Positions 53,314-64,000 of a DNA stretch of 64,000 nucleotides are shown one piece after another. Origin of the DNA: the human T2T-CHM13v2.0 reference genome, Homo sapiens. The notes beneath the pieces were generated by a model. The model ran no database searches, was not told the origin of the DNA, and saw only the letters and a program-made list of their open reading frames with translations. The first letter of the stretch is position 1. The number at the start of each line of letters is the position of its first letter. The translations under genes were made by a program, and so were the position numbers. The stretch is from assembly GCF_009914755.1 (NCBI RefSeq), contig NC_060934.1. The stretch is one strand, 5' to 3'.

Positions 53314-53929
53314 TCCTCTAATTCGCCTAGATAATGGTAATATTAATGAGATACTCTAGTTAATGAGGCAATTGTCTGGCAGAGGGCGTTGTTCAGTATT
53401 TCCAGCCCATTTCTGTGGGCTTGAGGCACCATTATGAGAAGCTGAATCAGATGTTTAGAAGGAGGAAAAATTGGGCTTCCAAAAGGCTGAGGCCAGAAAA
53501 CAGTCAATCCACAATTGTCTGTCATCTGTTTGATGCAGATCAGATGGGGACATGGCCCTGCCTTGGTTTCTCCATTGGGACTGAGTTCTGGCTTCATATT
53601 TCAACTCTCCTGACACCTGAGAGGGTTGTCATGAAATGAGAGGAAACTTCTCCCCTTAATGTCATTCTCCCATGCCAACTTGGTTTTTTGCTTCTTAGTC
53701 ACTGTTTCTGTTTTCCCCAGTACGGTGAATTCCCCCAGGATGGGGACCAGATATCCAGTATTAGATTCAGTCCTCCTCCATGTGGAGTCAACATCTTTTT
53801 GTCAGACTGGGAGCTCCCTAAAGACAGGAATCAATGTATTTTATATCATTTTAGGAGCTTCTCAAAGAAAGCAATTATTCCTCTCCTCCTTTCTCCTCTA
53901 AATTCTATGGTTCCCATTGGGGATCATGC

Positions 53930-54230
53930 ATTACTTTATTCCACAAACATTTATAAAGACCTGGTATGTGCCAGGTACTGTTCTAGGCACTGGAGATACA
54001 GATAGACTGAGTTCCTGTCCGAGGAGCTTGCATTTTGGGGTGGAAGTGGTAAGAGAGACAGATAATAAGTAGATAAATAAATATGTGTCAAGCAGGAGGT
54101 CATGCTGTGACATGTAGGATGATCAGAGATGGACTTTCAGAGAAGGTGACATCTCATGCTAAGTGATATACAATTATTTGGGCAGGTAGATGAGAGTTCC
54201 AGGCAGAGGGAACAGCAAATGCATCTTCTG
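53930..54230 (-). mobile_element. L2 3' end
   Basis: ACAAACATTTAT..TATGTGCCAGGTACTGTTCTAGGCACTGGAGATACAG..TTCCAGGCAGAGGGAACAGCAAATGCA. Confidence 0.85.
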
Positions 54231-54449
54231 TCATCTCTAGTATCTCCAAGGGAGTGTGAGAGACCAGGAGCAGCATCCCAGGAGGCCCAGGGTCACCTGA
54301 TCACCTTAAGTCTCAGAATCAGATGCTCAGACATCTGCTGCGGCAGATTGTCTCCTGCTTGGGCTGTGTCCAGTCTCGGTGCCAGCAGCCCTTTTAAACC
54401 CATCGGCACCTTCAGGTGTTTTCCTTCCCCTGCCTGTCTGTGAGGTCTT

Positions 54450-54690
54450 TTAAGACTTTGGAACTGGGCAATCTAGGTACAAATCTTGTCCCTGCCACAT
54501 GATGGTCGTGTGACATTAGGGAAGTCACTTAACTTCTTTGTGTCTCTGTATATCCTTATCTGTAAAATGGAGATGATAATTGTCTCTAGTTCTCTCTAGA
54601 GATTAAATGAGTTCATATATGAAAATGCTTAGAATAAACCTGCATATAATAAATGCTATACAAATGTTAGCCACTATTATTGTTGCTGTT
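54450..54690 (+). mobile_element. MIR SINE
   Basis: GTGTGACATTAGGGAAGTCACTTAAC..ATCTGTAAAATGGAGATGATAAT..GATTAAATGAG. Confidence 0.85.
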
Positions 54691-55282
54691 GCTGTTAACT
54701 TGTTTTAGCAAATGAAGCATCTCTCTTACAATGCAAAGCCGGCCTCTTTCCCAGTTCATCCTCCTACTTACCTACAAAATGAGGGATGGAGATGAACATG
54801 AACATGAACTCTAAGGATTTTTTTGTTAGGCTTGCCTTTCTGGGTTCTACTCTAAGCCACATTCAGCTCACCCCAACTCTAAGGCTGCAAAGCTGATTCG
54901 GCATTTAGTAGACCATTTTCCTGCTCATGGTCCATGGAGATTAGCCTTTTCTCTTTAGCTCTAAGTTCCTTCAGGGCAGGGATGAAGGTTCCACCTCTGT
55001 TATGTCTCCTGGATCATCTAGGATGATCCGAAGGATTCCCAGATCTGGGCATTTTATTCTGTGCTTATTAGGGATTTCAGAAAAATGTGCTCTCCTCATG
55101 TTTGGCATGCAATCTTTTCAACAGTACAACTCTTCATTCTCCATGCTATCCTCTGGTGGAGGCAGCATAGGGCGCTGGCTAACAGACCTCAGACTTGGGA
55201 TCCACGTGGTTTGGGATTGAATTCTACTGGGTCAGTGACTTTGGGGATATTAATGATCCCTCCTTATTAAGAAGGTTAACAA

Positions 55283-55699
<417 letters not shown>

Positions 55700-58600
55700 C
55701 TAAACTGTAGGTTAGGATAGTCCTTCTCTGAATATATATAATCTGTGAAGGAATTCTTTCACTCAGAGGTGGATGTGAGGCAGCATTCTGCAGCATCTCA
55801 GAAACTGGTGCTCATTAAGGCACAGGATCCTGGCTGAGGCCAGTGGCAAAGCTTGCTTAAAGATACTTTGTCATCTTTCCGTGTATCTCAAACTCTGTGC
55901 CATGTTAGGGGATGCGGCAAATATTTGCAGAATGAATTAATAACTGGTTGAAGGGTGGATGGGTGAAAGATGAGCCTCTTCTGTCTTATTATTACTATTA
56001 CCAAAGAGGCAACAGTGCTTTAGCTTGTTCCTTCCCCTCCCCGATCTTTTCCCTCCCACTCCACCTTTTGAAACTTTTGTTAATCTTGCTTTCTTCTACC
56101 TTGTCTCATTTCCGCCTTGCTTTCCTCTCTCCTCTGCCACCTCTCCCATCGTCTCTAGGCCCAACCATGACTCTCTGTGTCTACTATTTGTCGCTTCTGC
56201 CATCGGTATCAAGTACTAAGTATCCCTCAAATCCAGAGTATTCACAGTGCAGTGACCCAGATGAAAGGGGGTTGGGATTTTGCTTTCTTCCCTTGGTAAC
56301 TATTTCTCAGGATGACCCAGAATTCATTTGCTTAGGTAACAAGACAACGAGGTCCCCCTCCTTCACTTTGACACCATCTGTGTCAGTGTTTTGATAACAG
56401 TCCTTGCCAAGTGTATCATGGCTGAAATTGATGCTACCAGGACACAGGAAACTCACACCTTTTCTCAGGCTGCCTTTCTTTCCTCTACACTTACTGCTGT
56501 TTAAATGTCACCACTCTTGAACAAACAGTGGAGTAATGTGTCAGGGACAGCTAATGCTATATTTTGGTATGTTCTTATCAAATCAAAATGCCTCTGGCAA
56601 GCTATTTGCCTTTGATAAAAAGAATCCTGGTCTTCCTGGCAGAACTCAATAGTAATTGAACCAGGCCACACCCTTAGGACTTAGGCCCCTGTGGGTGTCC
56701 TGAATCCAGCCCCTTGGCCACACAGTAGGGTTTGGGTCAATGCCCTTAGCATTAACAAGGCTCAGTAGTCTGAATTCTTTTCAGATATTGACTGCTCCCC
56801 ACGTCTCTGAGAAGGACTCGCTTTTGGGGCCTCAGTTTCACCATTTGGACAGTGAACTTCCATGCTTTGCCAGCCGATTCCTTAAATAATCTCACCAACC
56901 ATCTGCAGATAATTGCTTTGTGGGTAGCTTATGAACAGCAGCTGGGAGCTGCCCAGTCCCCATCATTTTTGTCTCAAAAGCAGGGTTTGGGGGCCATACT
57001 GTCAGTAGAGAAATGTGTGCTATAATCATTATTACTTATGACATTTCTACTTAACTAAGAAGGCATTTCCAGGAAATATCTTTTAAATCAGTAACTTTAA
57101 GAAGCTGACGCTCAAAGGGGATTTAGAATCTGGATTATTTTTCTGATTCAAATTATCTTTTCTTTTGGCCTTTGAAGAAGCAAATAGATATTTATTTCTC
57201 TTGTTCCCTCCTCTGCAAATGCTTAATTGATTTTATTCCTGTCAGCTGACTGCAATAGAAATCGCTGTTTCCACTTCTTCCTGTTAACACCTTTTCTGCA
57301 GGGGTGGAGGGCTAGGGGGAAGCTGGGACAGGTGAATGTCTTCTTGCGTTCGGCTGTGTTGTGCATGGAGAAGATTTGGAGAATTTTCATTCTTCCAAAA
57401 TTATCCACAACACTTTGAAATGAGGTGACCTCCTGTTCGGCAAAATGTTGATATGATAGTATTTATGAGGACAGTTTGCTATGTTTACAGAATGTATATT
57501 TGGAAGTTGCATGTACTAATTGGATTTTGAATATTTTTGTTTCTCATTGTATCACACCTGAAATGATGAAAGGTCATTTAATAAAAAAAATTGAACCATT
57601 GATGCCTGAGTGGCTGCCCAGAGTAAAATTGCTTACCATCTGTCAAGGCAGGAAACCAGAGTACAGTGAAGGTAGGGGGAGAGGCTCCCAAAAGGTGGGG
57701 TCTGTCACCTAGAGGAGGAGGGCGTGATGGCTGGAAGGGGTAGTCTGGGTTTCTGGTGACTGTGTCCCACATCAGGACTGCATGCAGCTGGAGGGACAGA
57801 GCTTCAAGCAAGCCATCCCAAGATGACTGTCTCGACCTCCTCAGTTTCTGTGAAGAGGACATCACTGTCTACTCACAGAGCATAAACCCAGAATGTTTTG
57901 TCTGTCCTACTCCTGTAGACAATTCCTCCCCTCACCAGTGGTGAAAGAGCCAATACAAAGTCCTGACTATATGTTCTGACTTTTCCTAGGGGGCTTAAGG
58001 AAAGGCAGGGGAGTAATAAGCCTCTGCTTTGAGAAGCCACCTCCTTTTCCCCTTTGTTCTTGGATAGCTATGGAATGCAATTATGTGCATTTAGGACCTT
58101 TCATTGGGCTTTGACATTCAAACCACACACATGCCCTTGCAGGTTGAAGAGAGAGGGGATATCCTGACTAACACATTCCCGGACTGCCTCAGAGATGGAG
58201 CTTCATGAGAAAAGCCTGCTCTAGGACTTGTGTGGCCTCGAGAGCATTGAGGTTGTTCATGATGGAGCTGGCTTTTCCAGTTGCCTCTGAACCTAGGATC
58301 TGCTTTCTCTCTCCTTCCCACATCATAGATTGAATACTACTCTAATGTAATGACTTTGGCTTTTTGTTTGTTTGTTTTTATTCACAATTGCAGATAGCGC
58401 ATAGGCATTCTGCATATATCAATCTTAGGGTTCTGTTTGTTTTTTCATGAAAACATTGCTTTGTTCAGTGCCCTGTGGTATAACCTGTGGCTGCAGGAAT
58501 TATAGAACTGCTGGTAGGATTCTTTCAGATAGCAAGGAGAATATTGCAATGAAATATAGAGAAGAAAGAGTCCGCTCCTGCTGGGGTCTTTCATCCAGCC

Positions 58601-59365
58601 AATTGTTTCCCCTCTCTCCACTGCCTTTCTCCTCTCTACATCTGGGCTTCTGTTTCTTTTTGTGTTTCTCCACTTCTGTACCCACACTATCCTTTTTCCA
58701 TCTTGCAATACATTTTGTTCTTTTTGTTGCTCCATGTAAGGGGCCTCATGGATTGCTGACCAGCCTATTGCAGGGGTTGCATTTAGCTCAGGCTTTCCTC
58801 TGAGCCATTTAGCTGTGGGCAGAATTGTGGAGTTGCATGTTAAAAACCACAAGAGAGCTGTGGTTATGACAGGCTCTCTGCATGGAATAAGAAAAGAACA
58901 ATCTTGGGCAAAAGGCTCTCAGCATTCTTCCTGATAGCACTGCCAACCAAAAACCACCCTAAGCAGATTGTGCTGAAGGTTGGCCACTTCTCAGTCCAGA
59001 TACCTGGCTGAATGTTTCCCTGAAATTGAGCCTGGGGAGCAGATTTTGACTTTTCAGGCTACTTGCTCATAAAGCCAACCATGTGGATACAAAATTGCTC
59101 ACATAGGAAATGCCAAGTGGATGTTCACTGTTGCAGCCATTATGAGCGCTGACATTGTTGAGGGGACATCAGGATCCTGTATGCCTGCCTAGCCACTGTG
59201 GCTTGTGCAAGTAGAAATAAGGTCATTTTTTAATTCATAGCAGAGTTGACAGATGATCTTAATTAGTATGTTGTCTCATTATTTAAATACCATCTCAAAA
59301 AATGCATATATGTGCGCAAATATTTATACACATGCATGCATGCATACATGCACACACACATTCAT

Positions 59366-60085
59366 AGTAGAAGCACTCTTAACCAACTTGCATTTCAGCA
59401 ACTTGGCGTATTCACCCACGCCAGCCATCTTCCTGCGAAATATACTGGCTGCAGCACATCACCCTACAGATGCATGGCAGGGCACTTCTGTTCCCACCAG
59501 GTGAACTGTATGTTTACCAAGTCAGCTGAGCCTGTTCCCAAACCTACTTATGTTAGTTGTGTTTATATTGTAATAATGTGGTTTAATTAAATGTTATAAA
59601 ACCAATGAAATGAAAGAGTGCAGAGTTTTTTTTTTTTCATGAAAACTAAGGTGAATGTTTGGCAAGACTCAGTGTGTTTTAGTTTTTTGAATACACTCAA
59701 CCAAGTGTAGATAAGGCAGTTGTAAAAGCTTGGGAGGAAAAAAAAAATCATAAAATTCTAGAAGAAGTCTGCACTCAGATTGCCTTAGAAGACTTTTAAA
59801 GTTCTAGTTCCTCTTTAAAGAAAACAAAACAGGAAATTTTAGAGCTACATAGTAAGAATGGTTTGTACAAAGTAGTCCATGCTAAGCTTTAGTCAACAGA
59901 TCCATATGCAAAAGAAAAGACCTAAGCCTATATGGAAAGAGCAGCAAATTAATTTGATTCACATGATTTAAATCAAAATGTTTACATATGAATGTAGCAT
60001 TTTAACCAACTTAAAAAAAAACAACAACAACAAACTAGCCAACTACTGGTTCAGATCACAGTGTATAAAGTGCTTCTGCTCACTA
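59366..60085 (+). mobile_element. TcMar-Tigger internal-deletion derivative (Tigger13a-like)
   Basis: AGTAGAAGCACTCTTA start and inverted end TAAAGTGCTTCTGCT; interior resembles decayed Tigger transposase N-terminus (AAAACTAAG..GAATGGTTTGTACAA..ATATGCAAAAGAAAAGAC). Confidence 0.6.
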
Positions 60086-61894
60086 ATACTTGCCCATAAA
60101 ATCAAAGTCTGGTAGTTTTGTTTAGAGGTGAAAGGAGAGAATTGGCAAAGAAATTAATTCTCCAATAACTTGCCTGGATTCCATTTTTCTTTTGCCATGG
60201 AATTCAGGTTCTAGATGGTAACAGGAAAAGCAGGCATTTCCAGGTCGGGAAAAGCGGGTTCTAGATGGCAACAGGAGAAGCAGAAGGTGTGTGTGTGGAG
60301 GAAAATGAGGGTTTTCAGACCCTGGGACAGCTCCCAAGTCCGCCGCAGTGTTCCTGCTGGATGCAAGCCATGGGGGCAGCACAGATGGGAAACCCTGAGT
60401 TGGTGTGGATGGGAACAATGAAGAGCAGGAGGCTGAAGTTCTGTCAATGCTTTTCAGGTCAAGAGTGGGAGGTGGCTCAGGAATGTGGCCCCTGATGTCA
60501 GCCCGTGCAACTCTTGTCAACAAAGAGAGCTCCCAGTTGGAGAAATTAAAAGCAAACTTTGACTGGGAATGTGTGGGAAGTGGTAGCTCAGTGAGTGAGG
60601 CCAGATGCCACATCAGCTCAAAGTAAAGCCATGCACTTGGCTTTACTGATGGAGATGATGGATGTTTATGATCCCCAGTGTGAAAAATCCTTGCAATGAG
60701 ATCCATCCCTGAACTCCTCTTCTCCCATCTGTGAAGATGCCCAAAGACTCTAGACTGGCCTTGGAGCAGTCCCTGGGCATAGCATGCCCTAGAGTACAAG
60801 GCGAGGGACCTTTTTGGTTGACACAATTCCCCACTGTCTAGCCCAGAGCTCATCAGGGAGGCAATCATTAAAGACGTGAAAGCGTTGAGCAGGATGTATT
60901 CTATCTAAGGCAAATTCATGTGCTAGAGGACCTCCTGGCTGTGTTCCAAGGAGCGTCTACCTTATTCTAACAATTGTGAGGGATACTCAGTGGAGTCCAA
61001 TTGGAGACTTATCTATCCTAAGTAAAATAAACCCTCTGTTGCACATATGAAAGTGATAAATAATTTAAATACAATTTTAAAATATTGGTGCTTCTCAGCA
61101 TCTCCCACTCCTCATGGTTCTCTCTTTGACACCTCCAGAGTCCCCTAGAAAGGGTGACTTTATTCTCAAGCATCATTCCAGTGTGCTTCCTAACCAATAC
61201 CAGCAGTGCCAGGGCCATCCAATTGACAAGTGAACCCTGGGCTGCTGGCCCACCCATTATTGTCACTCATCTGTGGGCTGATACCCCCTTCACTTTGCTC
61301 AAGCTCCCAGCTTGGCCATTGGTGCTCCTCCATCCTGCAGTCCTACCCCTTAGCCTGCCACAGCCCTTGACTTTTCAGGCCCACCTTCAGCCAGGCCTCA
61401 CTCTCCTACTTCTGGCCAGGCTGTTGCCCAAATTGCCATCTCCAGTGGGTAGAAGACTATTTATAGCTCCCACTGCAAATTGGTTCGGAGACTGAACGCT
61501 GGTCTCCTGAAATAGACCTTTAGTGTGGACAGAGCTCATGGCAAACCTTCTTGGGCGTAGGGTACTCAGCTCTGTCCCCCTCTCCCTAGAGGATGTGCAC
61601 ATGGCTAATGCTACAGGAGTGGGGGTGGGTTCTAAGAAATACCCAGAACCACTGTTCACTCCTACCCTCAGGTCCTTTTGCTAAACCAGGCTTGTTTGTG
61701 GATCTTCCTTCCCTAGGAGTGGGCCTCTTCTCAGTGTGGGGTTCCACAGTTCTGCTCTTTACCAGTGGGGTTCTGTTTCTCACCTTTCCCCAGCACCCAC
61801 ACTTGTATATACCTACACACACACCCCTTCCACTGCCATGCCTTCCAATGGTCTGGGAAGTGTTTTAGTGGGAAATAGTCTAAAGTAGAAGTTC

Positions 61895-62138
61895 ATAGCA
61901 AGGGGTCTTCAACCAGACTACTGGGATTCAATTCCTAGCTCTTCTACTCTCTGGCTTTGCTACCCTGGGTAAATTACTTAACCTCTCTGATTTCAGTTTC
62001 TTCATATGTAAAATGGGGTAATAACCATATTTACTTTATAAAGGCTATTATAAAGAATAAATGAGGTTTTCTTTTGTATTTTGAGGAGTACCTGGCATGT
62101 AGTAAGCCCTTAATAAATATTAACTATTAATATAATAT
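61895..62138 (+). mobile_element. MIR SINE
   Basis: CTGGGATTCAATTCCTAGCTCT..AAATTACTTAACCTCTCTG..CAGTTTCTTCATATGTAAAATGGGG. Confidence 0.85.
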
Positions 62139-62711
62139 CTGAACACCAGTCACTGTGGCTGCTCAAAGTTTTTTTTTTTTTTGGACACTTCTTGACTACT
62201 GTGAATCAGTAGATACAAAAGATACTGGGTGCAGGACGAGTTCCCAGCTTCATACCCAATCTCCACTTAGACTCATCCAGAATATTTTCTTACACCTCTA
62301 GCCGTAAATATTCAAAAATTGCTACATATGTTGCTAGCCCATCAAGTTATTAGTAAGGAACCCCATTTGGGTAGGCTACTAGTGTGGAACCTCACCTCTG
62401 TTACTCTCAGTTACTCTTTGTGTTTAAAATGTCTTAGAATTCTTTGTATCTTTAAATTTTAATTAGGGATTGATAACAGGTTCTGATAACTTGTAAATGG
62501 AGACTGATCATTTGTTAGCCTGTGTTTTGATACGTAGACTTTAAAAAAAAGAAAAACTTCTTCGGTCAGAAGCTGTTGTTCTGTGAAACTAGACCAGACT
62601 GTGTTTTGGCTTGTGTGAGAAGGGAAAGCATATTGTTTGTAGGTGAACAGTTTGCACGACTATTGTGATAATCTATCCTGTCTCCCTGCCTTCTGTGTCT
62701 ACCCAGCTTAG

Positions 62712-63063
<352 letters not shown>

Positions 63064-63499
63064 TGATTTTGATTATGTATTTTTTCATTCCGGAAAGCAG
63101 CGAGGGCCACCCTGTTGCCTACCAAAAATGCACATTTATGGTCCATGGCAACCTGTTGCACCTTAATGGGTGAGAGAGCTGCTCTTTCCACTGCCCCCTT
63201 CACCATCTTGGTGCTTCCGCCGAATTGGCTGACTCCTGCTTGTCACAAATGCTTTTTGCCTTCTTCTGTCTCTGCCTTTTTAGTTCCCACCCACCCACTT
63301 TCCTATTGTATCCTTGTCTGGAACAGCATACCACATTCCTGTGCATTGTTCAGGACTCAATGTAAAGCCACTTCTCCCAGGAATCTTTCCCTAATTCCTC
63401 TCAGCCAAACAGAATCACCCCTGAGGTGCCATAGCCCTTCATCCCCCATCACGTGGGTATCATATACCATTTCTAGTGTGAGGTATAAGGATATTTTCA

Positions 63500-63835
63500 A
63501 TGGACATTTTTATGTTTGAATCTTGTATATACCTGCAATTATCACTTTAGGAAATAGTCTTAGAAATATTTAAGATCTTTGATGCATATTGCAAAATTGC
63601 CTTTTAGGCAATATTATTCCATTTATTCTCTACTGTCTGTGTATTGGGGCCCATTTTCCCATATTCTCTATAACCCTGGGTATTATTTTCTTGCCACCTT
63701 TTGCTATTTTGATGGTTTTTTTTTTTAAAGAAAAACCTTTGTTTTAATTCATATTGCATTGCTCTAATTTCTAGTGAGACTGAACATTTCAAAAATGTGC
63801 TTATTAGCCATGCACATTCTCTCTGAATTGTCCGT
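63500..63835 (-). mobile_element. L1ME-type fragment
   Basis: TTTTAATTCATATTGCATTGCTCTAATTTCTAGTGAGACTGAACATTT..TTATTAGCCAT. Confidence 0.7.
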
Positions 63836-64000
63836 TGACAGGGCACTTGACACTTTATATCATAGTAGTTTTGTGAACTTGTCAGCTACCAAGGATCTAT
63901 ACGACAAACAGCTATACTGTCAGCCCAGCTACTGTGCTTAGAACATGATAGGTATGTACTAAACATTTGTTGAAAGGTTGAGTGAATGAATATATATGGC

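Noticed and set aside
60122-60868. 248-aa minus-strand ORF
   Set aside because: No recognisable domain; Ser/Pro/Leu-rich composition typical of non-coding DNA; no supporting promoter or splice structure

Overview
Primate (human or great-ape) non-coding genomic DNA, judged from AluJ/S/Y, THE1, MER1B and L1PA elements. I find no supportable protein-coding exon, tRNA, rRNA or CRISPR array. The listed ORFs are repeat-derived or chance ORFs. A large part of the window is interspersed repeat: 19 Alus, a fragmented and nested minus-strand old L1 block at ~26.3-35.2 kb, L2, MIR, CR1/L3, MaLR/ERV solo LTRs, and hAT and Tigger DNA transposons, many with readable target-site duplications (TSDs). The most informative non-repeat region is an apparently transposon-free ~4 kb stretch (~43.45-47.6 kb). 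It holds an exon-less CpG island with homeodomain motifs and a dense, inverted-symmetry PBX-HOX/MEIS motif cluster at ~46.07-46.38 kb. Several similar homeobox-motif clusters lie elsewhere (1.5, 3.9, 6.5, 12.8, 22 kb). This pattern suggests a long intron or gene desert in a developmental-gene regulatory landscape. Other notable items are a CR1/L3 reverse-transcriptase fossil still in frame for ~100 codons, a tiny young 5'-truncated AluY with a perfect TSD, template-switch micro-rearrangements and weak microexon-like splice signals. I cannot support a wholly new biological system. The locus was not identified, and repeat family names come from my recognition of consensus sequences, not from a database run.
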